64,000 nucleotides of DNA from Macrostomum lignano (Eukaryota), in the NCBI GenBank assembly GCA_002269645.1, contig NIVC01000034.1, forward strand, positions 186,001-250,000. Reading direction: 5' to 3'. The position numbers and the translations under genes are program-made. A model generated the notes under the pieces. It saw nothing but the letters and a program-made list of their open reading frames with translations, had not been told where the DNA came from and ran no database searches. Positions 11,612-33,500 of the stretch are shown in pieces; the first letter of the stretch is position 1, and the number at the start of each line of letters is the position of its first letter.

Positions 11612-14600
11612 ACGAATTTACAGAAAAATTGATAAATTCACAAAGAACAAGGCTCGAAAAGTGGTGACTATTTAAGTCAATCGAGTTTTTTTACTTTTAT
11701 TTATCTCTCGATCTGTTCCGTTTTCAGTTGCTAAAAACCTTTTGCCTTCTATTTGTTAATTGTGTTTTAAGAGCATCAACTATTGATGCAAAGTAGAGAC
11801 TACTACATATATGTGCGTACGAGTAGTATACAATGTGACTGTACAGATGAACTACTGGGTATACGTATGCCCTACTCTATTCGTTTTCATATTTGGTGAT
11901 AGCTTTGAACCAACTCATTTCTACGTGGGGTCTATAAGGTATTCCCGGTCAGATATAAAAGGTCTTTGGTTGCATTCTAAGTTTAATCTACTACTGAATC
12001 TTACGTATTCTTACATTTAGCATATGAATTTAAACAGATTATTTCGAGAACCCATTTGTTTTAGTTCGTATATTTATCATATCTATTTAATACTGTTTAA
12101 TCTTTTAAAAGCCACAGTCTAAATTAAATTATAATGATTGATACAACCATCGCATTGGTACCGCAATGCGTTTGACACTTTTTAATGGTGTAACTTTGAC
12201 CAGTAAATTAACCTGTACTGTTAACTTAACTGATTTTGTCTATTTAAAGTATTTCTACTTTCCATTGTATACCACACCCGACAGTATCTGAATCTCGCTC
12301 TAGCTCTGCAGTCTACGCTACTACATTTAATGTGAGTATAGTACATTTTTATGTAAAAGATACACTGCTCAAAAAAGCGCCACCGGAAATTGTATCATCA
12401 TTCAGCGATAGTGCGTAAAAACGCGGTGGTATGAACTGGGTTTCATAAGCTAATGCATGGATATTAAATTCAATTGTAAAATAATCATGCGGAAATATTT
12501 AGGAAACTACAAATCAAATACCGGTATTACAGTATGTCTAGCAGTGCGATGCAGAGTGAAAATACTTTCTTCTGAAAATGTGTTTTTAAAGATCGACTTA
12601 AACAAGTAGTCTACTTATTTGTCTACTATTCTATGGAAGCATTTAGCTGTGCAATACTGTCACGAGTACATTTATATAGCTGTAATGTAATGCATAGGCC
12701 TAATCTCTGTTTGTAAATAAACAGTCCCACGGAACAAAAAATTGTCTTAGTAAAGTAAAGCCATTCCGAGTTAAGGTAACATTTATAAAAGAAAAACAAA
12801 AACCTTTACCAGCAAATTAAACAGCATGATAAGTAATTCTACGTTTTAATACTTTGACTGGAAAAATATTTCTTTGAAAAATTAAAATAAATTTAGTCAT
12901 ATATAGCTTTTAATACAATGACTAACTACACTGGGAAAGAACAATTTTAACTGTCTATATTATTAAGTTTTTTATATCATCATTGCGATGAACTGATGAT
13001 GATAGGCTGATAATTCCATTGGGTTGGAATCGGATGTTCAATTAATTATATGTGCCTGAAAAATGATTATAACGTTGATATAATGTATTTTAAAGCTATA
13101 TAATATTTTTCAAGCATTTAAACCTATTTCTTTTTTGCTCTTGTATATTAGACTTAGCGGATTTTGTTATCAGTTTCACTTGCACACTGTGCTACAATGC
13201 TATGCACAGTACCACCAGTAGTATTTATGGTGGCCAGTGCTGTTCTAGTGTTCTTGTAATTATAAAATTAGGAATCTTCAGCATATAAGATGGTGCAAAG
13301 TGCACTGAAACAAATCTCAAGCAAATTTTAATATCAAATATCCTATATTATTTATTAATATATTAGCCTTAGGGCTCCACTTGCTTGTGACTTGACTTTG
13401 ACTTGGCTTAGCCCTTGTAAAGTAATACTACATGTGCATTTCCTGTCCTGTCATATAATCCAATATATTAATTAATATTATATTATTATAATTATAAATT
13501 TTATTGTTTACTAATTTTCCATGCAATTATTGAATTAAGCAACAGCCCACTATGTTGGCCTATCATAGATATAGCTAATTCAATTATTTTGGGCCTATAC
13601 TATACCTTTACATTTTAGACTAGGTTTACACACTATGCTATATTTTCTAACTTAGCCTTAGATCAAGGCCTTGGCCTTAGATAAGAAGATGTCCTATATA
13701 GCAAAATTTTATGGCATGCATTAGCCCTTTTTAGTTCATTGGCATATATATTCAGGCCTAGCTTACTTGAATCCTCAAAAGTTGTGTTTGATAGGCCTAT
13801 ACAGAAAATAGTATAAAAGGCATCTTGAAAAAGAGTGCAAGTATATTCTAGTTTTTTTGTAACAAAAGATAGAAAATTTTGTAGAAAGCTGTTAAGAGGT
13901 AACAAGAGTGCAAATGAAAAAGAAATAGTAATTAAATATCATAATGCTTTTTAAAAAATTTTGGTATTAGAATTTTGTATAATTGCAAGTTTTTATAAAA
14001 GAGTAATAGGCCTACTAATAATAGATATAACACTTTTTATAATATACACATAAACACTGAACTTAATAATGAAAAAAGGTCTTTTATTGTTGCAAGAGAA
14101 AAATTAGTTTATATAATATTGAAATTTTAGCATATATAACAGAATCACATTTCAAATTTTTTTTATACATGGCTTATTCTTATACCTAAAAATTTGCCCA
14201 AAAAAACTTTAGTATATACTGGACACTTTCTTAACAATGGGACCCTAGCCATATTGCCCATATTATAAGATAAAGATAGTGATCAATTATTTATATTAGG
14301 CATATATATTAGATTTAGACTTTTTCATCATAGACCATATTTAAGATCATGTTGAATATATGCCAAAATATATACTAAGAAGTTTTTTATTTATATGCCT
14401 ATTGTCTATATGCTTATAAATTACATGCTATATGCACTATCTCTTAGAAAAGTATACACTTTTTTGTATAATATTTTTAAATGCACAAGAAAAAAAACAA
14501 AGCTATAACCATTCAAGCATTATATTATAAAGATATTACAAATACTACAAAAAATAAAATATTACAAATACATTTTAGTTCAAAAGTTTTTAAGAATAAA

Positions 14601-15194
14601 AATGAGATAAAATAAATTATTAATAATAAATATTTTTAAGAAGTACAATATATAATTAATAATATAGAATTGCAACACCCAAGGCCATACTTCAAAAAGT
14701 CATACCAGGTTATTATTGTGCTATATATTCTATGCTATCAAGCTATTCTATATTATAGCATACCACCTTTGCCATGCAATACCCAAATGCATACTAACAT
14801 TTTTGGCCAAACCAAGTGCATATGCACCAAAATTTTCTGGCATGATAGATGCCTTCTAGAGTATAGATAATTAGCTTTACTATTTATTCAACTAATAATA
14901 ATGTATACTTTATAAAATTAAAAAGTTAGCATAAATATGTTTGTTGCTATTTTTGTATGGATTATCAATAGATCCCAATATGAATAAAATTAACAACTAA
15001 ATTCAAAATTATCTTAATTAAATGATATAAAATTTATTTTAGATTTTTGTATTTTAAATGGTATAAAATAAAAATATTTGGCTATATAAAAATAATAGTA
15101 GCTATTTTTATTATTTATATAATACTACATTGAAATCATATTTTGCTTAATTTTTTGCCAATCCAATATTTGGCAAGGTATGCTCAATTAGGAA

Positions 15195-23461
<8,267 letters not shown>

Positions 23462-25149
23462 CATTATGATTCTGGCTTAGTTACGTTGATTACGATACAT
23501 ATCGGCGAAACATGAATCGTTAAAATGTATCACCAGGCAGACTAAACACTAAAACTTTTTCATTTTCCTATTGTGCAGTTATTAATAGATTTGTTAAATA
23601 CATTGTATGATTTATGGCATATATTTAACATCATATCTTTTTGTTGTCTTGTGTCTCAGCTTATAAATTATGTAGATTTCGCAATCTGATAAAGTGCTTA
23701 TAACCATATAAGTTAGTGTGTTTTTATATTCTATCTCTGTTGCATTCATTTGCTTATGTATAAATTTACTATTATCTATTATTAATTTACTTTATGAAAT
23801 ACAGCTGGACTAACTTAGTAAGTTTGCCTATTTGAGTGTGTTAGTCGATACACTTCCTCTAATTAGTGAAATTTCTATATTATTCAATGCAATTAACTCC
23901 AACTGTAGTTTTAATTCTAAAAAGTAATATATAAAATTTTGTCTACAATTTTCTACTACAAGTAGGCTTTTACAATTTTTCCTTGGTAGCTTCGGCATTC
24001 CGAACAAAATCTAATACGAATTATCATCATTGTTTACTTTTCAAACTAAAGGTTGTAGTAAGTCTTTGTTGTTAATTAATTGAGAATTAAGTTTACCTTC
24101 TGTTTATAGGTTTAATTTAATTTAATTCAATCGAATTTTAAGCTTTTAAATTGTTACATTTTTTCAAGGTCTAATTCCAAATACGAGGTATTTTAGCTTG
24201 GATTTGCATTTTACCAATTAATTTTTTATATTGCTTTTGACTTTAAGGCTTTATCTGCTAACTTCGAATGTAGGTATGGCTGTGCCACGTCTCTCAATTA
24301 TTTGTCTGTTATGATAATAATATTTCCCAAACATTAATTACATTGCATCTACGAAACTATCCGTCCTTAATAACAATACAAACGTTTTAACAAATGAAAC
24401 AATGAATTTTAAGATTGCGCTTACTACAATTCGTCATGTTTGTTATAACTTCACCTTTTGTCCGCTTTTGCAACATAATTTATGATTCGGCCAATGACTA
24501 ATGATTTGCTGTACATGTACATTAAAGTTGTTAATTAGTTATTGTGTCACCCATGTCAGCTTGTTTATCTATTCTTGTTAATGAGTACATACAGGTTTTA
24601 TCTATGCTTTTTTCATTTTATTGGATCTTTATTATAACTTTGTTAAAATCTAACGATGACGAAAGATTTTTGAATGGTTCCTAGTTTTTTAAATCTTATT
24701 TGTTTTAATTACTAGAAGCTGTAACTTATAGTTTGCTTTCGGTTATCTAGGCACAAGTTTCAGCTTTGCTCCGTTCTTCGTGCTCACCCTTTAGCTTTTG
24801 AGCTAACTTTTTACACATGCGTTTGCAAAAAAATGTTATTCTTTGTTTAAATCGCTTTTTTCTTGATCACCGCGGAAGATTTTCACTTTTAAATACTGTT
24901 GTCTTTTTCATGAGTATTAATGTGCATAAAAGCAGCATATTGATCTTCTAACTGTCATGGTTATTATCAATAATAACGGTTTTGCTTCTCATGGTGAGGT
25001 CTCTGACTTCGCTTCGATGGTACCATAAAAAGGTTAAGTTAGACTATTCGTGTTATTCGACAGACGTGTCAATTAATTTCGAACTTAATTATTATGAAGA
25101 CTAAATTTAAATACGGTAGTTGAATAGCTGTCTGTTTTTAACGTTAGTG

Positions 25150-26780
25150 GGACTTGAGCATGCAATTCGCTTTTTAAGTGCTAACTGACTGCTTGCAAGA
25201 GAAATAGAAAGTAGACATTTTTTCTGCAAAACTATCTTTCGAAGCATTCTCTCCCCATAATGCCAGCTGTGGCAATTTTGACGGACAGGAAACCAATGTT
25301 GTTAAAGATTTCGCTTGCTGCACATCCCTCAGGACTTAGCTAAGGCTGTTTGCTTTTTTCCTGAACAGATCTTCACTTGCAGTCCAGTTTGGTTGAGTCG
25401 ATCAAGTTACCTCAGTAGAGCATAAGGGGGTGTTTTTTGCTTGCCGTCACAGAAGCGACATGTGTTCAACGAGAGACTCGTTTGAGTCCATGGTTGGGTG
25501 GAGCTGAAGAGCAAACAAGTTCTCAGAGCTGAAGAGAAGTGCCAAAAAATATTTTGCGAGAATAGCTACTTTCTTACTGAGTATACATGTATCTAAAGTT
25601 CATAAGCGTAATTATCGCGTTAACTCCAATGCTTCCTCGATTGCTACAAGGACGAGTTCGACACACCTTGGATCGGCTGTTGTCGCTAGCGTCATTACTG
25701 TCATGACCGTGTGTAAATGCAGCGATATCTGCAGGGTCAAGGAGCTGTCGTACTTGGGACTGAAAAAAGGCGAAATTTCTACAACGCCGCTTTTCGAAGT
25801 CAAGTGAAGGCGTGTTACGAATATGAACTACATTCAAACCACTGGCAAATTAACTATCTCTACCTATAAAAATGAAAACTTTGAATAACTTTGAGACTCA
25901 CAATTTTACACGATTGGAAGTTAGTATTCTTTTTAGCGTAGCAATTACCCCAACCTCCGCCTCTCTTTCAGAGTGGAAAAAGTGGTTTCAAAATTGACTA
26001 ACTTTTGGCTGCCATAAGTTTGCTCCACATGAAGCGATTGACTTCACACTTGACACAATTATTCATTGACTCATTCTCTGTCTAAATGTGAAGTTTCAAC
26101 TCTGTAACTTAATCAGAACAGAAACTGTAAGCATGTAAAGTTTGTCTGCTTTTTCGATTGTTTGTGCCGCTCACCCAACTCATTTCCCCCAGACCAAGGG
26201 TCAGGCGATAGGGTTGAATGTACATAGCAAATGTACAGTGTTTTGGAATAGTTGTAATTAACAATGTATAGCTTCTTTTTATGGCCTCTGCACCTCCGTG
26301 GAGAGGCGAGGTTTAGCTGCGACACTTTAGTGAGGAATTCGAACCACTCTCCACTGTGTAGGCAACTCTGCGGCAGTTTAACAGTGGATGGCAAACCAAG
26401 GCAATGCGAGCTTTTCACAATTAGTTTTTGTTTGTTTGTTTAGTTTAGTTTAGTCTTTTTGTAAAACTAAAAGCGAAAAATTTATGAAAAAGCGGTTACA
26501 ATGTAATCCTACTAAATTAGTTACACCATCGAAATTTCAACATTAAGTTTCACTTAAGAGGTATTTCCTCCAAACAACCGCATTTCCTTGATTCGTAGAC
26601 TGCTGCAGACTGCAGTGGAGCTGGAGATACACAAACTCCTCATAGGGCTGCAAATTGACCAGAAAGATGACGTGATCAAAGCAATCAGCAAACAGCCGAC
26701 CGAATGAAACAACCATGACTGTCCATGAGAGTACTATGTCCCACAAACTGGCTTTCGAAGCAGGGGTCAGCAGACTTTCA
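25150..26780 (-). mobile_element. Possible highly degraded retroelement remnant
   Basis: Coding-like composition broken by stops. A minus-strand CRFCDGK resembles a zinc-knuckle start, and LQLH...AVV weakly resembles BEL/Pao RNase H. No intact domain. Confidence 0.22.
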
Positions 26781-26834
26781 CCTCATAGCCAGATGAAGAA
26801 TCCAGCTCGTGGCTGCGGGCCAGATGGATGGGAG

Positions 26835-27690
26835 TGGGAAGGAGAAGGAATATATGATTATAAAAGAGAGGAGAGGCAAGAGAGAAGATAAAAGAATAGA
26901 TTGAAAAGTAAAAGAGAGAAGATCAGGGTAGCAAGGCGAAAGAGAGAGGATGGGAGAGAGAAGAGAGAAGAGGGGCGACAGGGAAGAGAAGGAAAGTGGG
27001 TAGAAATGAGAGGGCAAAGATGAGAGAGTAGAGAGGGGAGAGAAAAGGGAGAAAGGAGAGAGGAGAGACAGGGGAGAGATGTGAGAGAGGAGAAAAGATA
27101 GGAGAGAAGAGCGAGGAGAGACAAAGGGAGAAAGAAGTGGAGTGAGGAGAGACGAGAGAGAATATATACGAAAGTAGAGATGAGAAAGCAGAGAACGGAT
27201 GAGAGGAGAGGTTAGAGAGAAGAGGGAAGATGAAAGATGAGAGAGCAAAGGGGAGAGGAGAGAAGAGAGGAGAGACGGCAGACAACGGGAGAGAGAAGTG
27301 GAGTGAGGAGAGAGAGAATTGTGAGGACAGAGAATAGGGGGGAAAGAGAGAGTAGAAAGGGAGGAGAGAAAAGCAGAAAGAGAAAAGAGGAGAGAAGAGG
27401 GAAGTGTCGAGAGAGGGGAGAGTAAGGAGTGAGGAGTAAGAAGAGGGGAGAGAGAAAAGAGAGTAAAGAGAAGAGAGAAATGCGAGGAGATAAGAGAGTA
27501 GAGATAACAGGGAGAAAGGAGAAATGAGAGAGCAGAGACGAGAGGGAGGAGAGGGGAGGGAGAAGAGAGGAGAATAGAGAAGAGGGAAGAGACGAGAGAA
27601 GAGAGGAGAGAGGAAAGATGAGAGAGAAGAGAGGAAACGGAAGAGAAGATAGAAGTTTCAAATGATCCAAGGGATATAGAGAGAGGCAGA
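26835..27690. repeat. Purine-rich (GA) low-complexity tract
   Basis: Almost entirely A/G on the + strand. It explains the Leu/Ser/Phe-rich minus-strand ORFs. Confidence 0.92.
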
Positions 27691-28294
27691 GGCATTGCCT
27701 ATACAGACATTGCCTGACATTCTGCCAACTAGATTAGTGCTTGCCTCAAATCTTAATTTTACACAGATTTACTTCATTTATTATGTTTACCTCTATCCTC
27801 ACCATAAACAAGTTTTTGTTTGAGTATGACTTCAGATTTTAGAATACAAGCAAAAATAGTTCCGTGGATTGGAATTCCAAGGGTTCAAATTCTGCGGGTT
27901 TCAACAGCTTGTGAAAAATAAAATTCTGAGTACAAGATCCAAAAATAAAAAGCAAACAGAATGAAAGCAACACCATGAAAGAACTAGAAAAAATACATGT
28001 GAAAAATTATAATAGATTACGAGCGTAAATATGCAATGTGGAAAAAGCAGGTGATCCCTGCAAAAAGTAAGCTTCTAAAACTTGTCGCAGACCTATTCAA
28101 TAAGAAAGTCTAAAGTCGATGTAACTATGTAAATTTGTTCAAAAAGTATGAAAAGTGTCAACACATGTGCAAATTAAAGTAGAAACATCAATAAATATGA
28201 CAAATTTCATGACAAATCTAGAGGCAAAGTCAAAGGCATCATTTAATAAATGACTAAAAATAGAACTTTCTATAGGTCACAAAGCAGTGACACC

Positions 28295-28562
28295 CAGGGG
28301 CGTAGCCAGAGGGGGGGGGCAAGGGGGGCCGGGGCCCCCCCCCCAATCACCAACTCTGGCCATGGCGCCCCCCCCCCTAAAAGAAACTGGCGCCTTCCCC
28401 CCCTAGAAGAAACTGGCGCCCCCCCCCTAAAAGAAACTGGCGCCTTCCCCCCCCTAAAAAGAAACTGCCCCCCCCTAAAAGAAACTGGTGCCCCCCTATA
28501 AGAAGCTGGCGCCCCCTAACTCACGGCCCCCCCCCCAATCAAAATTCCTGCCTACGCCCCTG
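28295..28562. mobile_element. hAT-like MITE with perfect 8-bp TSD
   Basis: TIR CAGGGGCGTAG...CTACGCCCCTG. The TSD GTGACACC occurs at 28287-28294 and 28563-28570. Internal AAACTGGCGCCCCCCCTAAAAG repeats. Confidence 0.88.
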
Positions 28563-28844
28563 GTGACACCTTAGTAAAAAAGTCCATTCTAATCTTTAAA
28601 AAGTTGTATCCTTGGGCCTAGCTAAAATATCCCTATCAGTCACTTGATAGTAAATAATGTTAGTAAAAAATCGCACCAAGTTCTAACTGAAATCTACGCA
28701 CACAGCAACACACTATAAAAATGTTCAAATGCAAAAAAAAATTATCAAAGAAAAGATCATGCTTCAAAAAAGTACACTATACATTATACACTACACAAAA
28801 TTATACACAAAAGTACACTATACTATACACTATACTTTTTTCTA

Positions 28845-29112
28845 GACACTATATTTCTATCTAGACTGTCTGTCTGTCTAGACACTAGACACTATATTTC
28901 TATCTAGACTGTCTGTCTGTCTATAGACACTAGACACTATTTTTCTATCTAGACTGTCTGTCTGTCTATAGACACTAGACACTATTTTTCTATCTAGACT
29001 GTCTGTCTGTCTATAGACACTAGACACTATTTTTCTATCTAGACTGTCTGTCTGTCTATAGACACTAGACACTATTTTTCTATCTAGACTGTCTGTCTGT
29101 CTAGACACTATA
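28845..29112. repeat. 45-bp tandem repeat, about 6 copies
   Basis: Repeated CTAGACACTATTTTTCTATCTAGACTGTCTGTCTGTCTATAGACA. Confidence 0.92.
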
Positions 29113-30385
29113 TTTTCGGCCACTGGATAAGTAGAATCCCTCAAATTGACACTTCGGGCTGCGACTTGTCAAGCTTTTCTGAAGGAGCCCAACGCCTTCT
29201 AGATAATCTGTTGTAGTCAGGCTATCGATTAAAGATGTTGGTGACCGTGCTGACAGCCTTCAGACACAGGAAGTCAGGCGGCGCTGCTGCAGCTCTCGCC
29301 ACTAGGAACTTATGAAACTTATGCAGTCATCGAGAGACAGTCGTCCACTACAATTCCCCAACGTGCACCCTGACTTGGGCGCCGTAGCCTACACCGATTT
29401 CTATCGGTTACTCCGTGCTTACTCCGCTGTCCACTTCTCTGGTGGTACGGAGCAACCCGGACACGCAGAAGTCAAGGACACCGGCAAACTTTTTTGTCTT
29501 TGCGCACCTCTCTTGCTGTGCATCTAGTCGCCAGCCCTTCGGACCGTCGAGATATTTAACGATTCAAAGATTGCACCAGAAGGTCGGACAAAATTCTACA
29601 ACATCATTGCACCCCTGTGCGCCAATCAGCAATGCGCCAAATTTAATCAGCGCGTCAAGCGCATGTGTTTACATCAGCTCATGACTACAGCGGCCGTACC
29701 GGAACTCATCTGGACCTTCAAAAAGTGGCATCGGTGACTATGGACTAGGGAAAAGGTATAATAAGAGGAGTTTAAAACTGTTTTTAAGAGGGAAAAAATA
29801 GAAACAGGAGATCAAGTCTTGAATATTTAGCCTTCCTCGGCTTCAGTGTGAATGTCTCTAATCAATACAATATGGGTTTGAATCTCAAAGCCAGAAAAAA
29901 TGCAGACCAAAAAATTCATTGTCAATATAGGGGAAAAAATAAAAAATTGAAAAGTCAAGAAAACTGTCCTCAAAAATTCTACTTGGACAGCAAACAGTTT
30001 GCCTTCTTCGCCTTGGATCGAGCAGCTGCCGAGCGGCTCTGAAATCAGTGGGGTGGGGGCCGTCGGACCTCGAACGAACCTCTGCAAGACATGAGCGAGA
30101 AAGCGAAAAAAAGTTTACCACCCCAAGTCGCACAGAGAGTTTTCGTTGAGACGGCTAGCTGGCCTGACTTTTCTTTTTCAGCAACTAACCTGAAACAAGC
30201 CTCTGGCCGTGAGCCGTGAGCACTGACCAACAGATGCTCAGTGAGAGAACTGCGACTCTGTCATTTCTGCATTTTTTCTAGAAATTCAAAGATCAGCAAT
30301 TTTTTAGAAAAAGTTAACTGAGAAGTATCAGTTGGACGAAATAGCAATCGATCACTAAATTCACGCCCACGTGCCCTGAATACTC

Positions 30386-30393
30386 TATAAATA
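30386..30393 (+). promoter_or_regulatory. Candidate TATA box of the WSC/F-lectin/VWA gene
   Basis: TATAAATA about 110 bp upstream of the signal-peptide ATG at 30496. Confidence 0.45.
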
Positions 30394-30495
30394 AGGTGTC
30401 AGTTTTTAGGCCAAATCTTCGCTCCTAAATTTCTTGCGAGATCGGCAAGAAAGTTAGCTACCTGCGATTTGATTGGCAACAACAGGCAAACTAAA

Positions 30496-30553
30496 ATGGC
30501 GTGCAAAGGCTGGCTATTGCTGGCTGCGTGCCTTCTGCATGTGCTGTCTCAAG
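30496..30553 (+). CDS. Signal-peptide exon (MACKGWLLLAACLLHVLSQ)
   Basis: AAAATGG start context, hydrophobic core, phase-1 donor AAG|GTGAGT at 30554 that joins in frame to the WSC exon at 31070. Confidence 0.8.
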
Positions 30554-33500
30554 GTGAGTGACCTCCGCCAGCACTGAAAGGCCTATGTAGCAGCATTATT
30601 CAAGCTAGTTAACATCCAATTATTTGTTTGTTACTTCTCTTGTGTATTGATATAATACGTAATATTCCGTAGAATCACACTGTCGTCTATGACCATTGCA
30701 TCATAATTGCTTCTGATGTCTATGGCAGCGTTAACTTGAGAAACACAGGGCAACAAGCCAGCTGAGAACCAACAGCGGTTCTCCTTTACCTCTAGCTTTA
30801 CCCGCTTTCTTTCCATAGCAATCGCTAGAACTGACAGTAAATTGCCAATTAACAACATGAGCATTTTGCTTCTTCATCAATTGGTTACTCTACTCGCGAG
30901 TGCTGCAAGTGAAACCTCATAGTGTCCATGCAGTAGCATAACCCAAATTAATCGGCAATTTTCGGCACAAAAGACACATAAACGAGTTCAAACGAGAATG
31001 CATTATACAATCAACCAATTATCCTAATACCTAAACGCAATTCACTAACATTACTACATTCCTATGCAGCGCATTCCTACCGCTACATCGGGTGCTTTGT
31101 GGACAAAGGCAAACGGGATCTGCCGGTACTGGGCGGAACTGGACACATGTACGCGGGTAAGTGCGACCGGCTCTGCCGCAAAAGGAACTACCGCTACTTC
31201 GGTCTGCAGTACTCCAAAGAGTGCTGGTGCGGCAACAGCTACGGCAAGTACGGAGCGCGTCGGTCCAGTGAGTGCCGGATGCGCTGCAGCGGCAGCCGAG
31301 GCTCTTACTGCGGCTCAAGCTGGCGCAACAGCATCTACGCGACCACCAAGCCAAGTGAGTCAGGGCTGAATGGCAAACCAGCGGTCCCGTTCAGTCTGTT
31401 GTGCTCCTTTACGGTTCTCCTTTACCTCTAGCTTTACCCGCTTTCTTTCCATAGCAATCGCTAGAACTGACAGTAAATTGCCAATTAACAACATGAGCAT
31501 TTTGCTTCTTCATCAATTGGTTACTCTACTCGCGAGTGCTGCAAGTGAAACCTCATAGTGTCCATGCAGTAGCATAACCCAAATTAATCGGCAATTTTCG
31601 GCACAAAAGACACATAAACGAGTTCAAACGAGAATGCATTATACAATCAACCAATTATCCTAATACCTAAACGCAATTCACTAACATTACTACATTCCTA
31701 TGCAGCGCATTCCTACCGCTACATCGGGTGCTTTGTGGACAAAGGCAAACGGGATCTGCCGGTACTGGGCGGAACTGGACACATGTACGCGGGTAAGTGC
31801 GACCGGCTCTGCCGCAAAAGGAACTACCGCTACTTCGGTCTGCAGTACTCCAAAGAGTGCTGGTGCGGCAACAGCTACGGCAAGTACGGAGCGCGTCGGT
31901 CCAGTGAGTGCCGGATGCGCTGCAGCGGCAGCCGAGGCTCTTACTGCGGCTCAAGCTGGCGCAACAGCATCTACGCGACCACCAAGCCAAGTGAGTCAGG
32001 GCTGAATGGCAAACCAGCGGTCCCGTTCAGTCTGTTGTGCTCCTTTACGGTTCTCCTTTACCTCTAGCTTTACCCGCTTTCTTTCCATAGCAATCGCTAG
32101 AACTGACAGTAAATTGCCAATTAACAACATGAGCATTTTGCTTCTTCATCAATTGGTTACTCTACTCGCGAGTGCTGCAAGTGAAACCTCATAGTGTCCA
32201 TGCAGTAGCATAACCCAAATTAATCGGCAATTTTCGGCACAAAAGACACATAAACGAGTTCAAACGAGAATGCATTATACAATCAACCAATTATCCTAAT
32301 ACCTAAACGCAATTCACTAACATTACTACATTCCTATGCAGCGCATTCCTACCGCTACATCGGGTGCTTTGTGGACAAAGGCAAACGGGATCTGCCGGTA
32401 CTGGGCGGAACTGGACACATGTACGCGGGTAAGTGCGACCGGCTCTGCCGCAAAAGGAACTACCGCTACTTCGGTCTGCAGTACTCCAAAGAGTGCTGGT
32501 GCGGCAACAGCTACGGCAAGTACGGAGCGCGTCGGTCCAGTGAGTGCCGGATGCGCTGCAGCGGCAGCCGAGGCTCTTACTGCGGCTCAAGCTGGCGCAA
32601 CAGCATCTACGCGACCACCAAGCCAAGTGAGTCAGGGCTGAATGGCAAACCAGCGGTCCCGTTCAGTCTGTTGTGCTCCTTTACGGTTCTCCTTTACCTC
32701 TAGCTTTACCCGCTTTCTTTCCATAGCAATCGCTAGAACTGACAGTAAATTGCCAATTAACAACATGAGCATTTTGCTTCTTCATCAATTGGTTACTCTA
32801 CTCGCGAGTGCTGCAAGTGAAACCTCATAGTGTCCATGCAGTAGCATAACCCAAATTAATCGGCAATTTTCGGCACAAAAGACACATAAACGAGTTCAAA
32901 CGAGAATGCATTATACAATCAACCAATTATCCTAATACCTAAACGCAATTCACTAACATTACTACATTCCTATGCAGCGCATTCCTACCGCTACATCGGG
33001 TGCTTTGTGGACAAAGGCAAACGGGATCTGCCGGTACTGGGCGGAACTGGACACATGTACGCGGGTAAGTGCGACCGGCTCTGCCGCAAAAGGAACTACC
33101 GCTACTTCGGTCTGCAGTACTCCAAAGAGTGCTGGTGCGGCAACAGCTACGGCAAGTACGGAGCGCGTCGGTCCAGTGAGTGCCGGATGCGCTGCAGCGG
33201 CAGCCGAGGCTCTTACTGCGGCTCAAGCTGGCGCAACAGCATCTACGCGACCACCAAGCCAAGTGAGTCAGGGCTGAATGGCAAACCAGCGGTCCCGTTC
33301 AGTCTGTTGTGCTCCTTTACGGTTCTCCTTTACCTCTAGCTTTACCCGCTTTCTTTCCATAGCAATCGCTAGAACTGACAGTAAATTGCCAATTAACAAC
33401 ATGAGCATTTTGCTTCTTCATCAATTGGTTACTCTACTCGCGAGTGCTGCAAGTGAAACCTCATAGTGTCCATGCAGTAGCATAACCCAAATTAATCGGC

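Noticed and set aside
29150-30300. Coding-like, moderately GC-rich sequence upstream of the lectin gene
   Set aside because: Only short ORFs without recognisable motifs, TIRs or TSDs, so no call can be supported.
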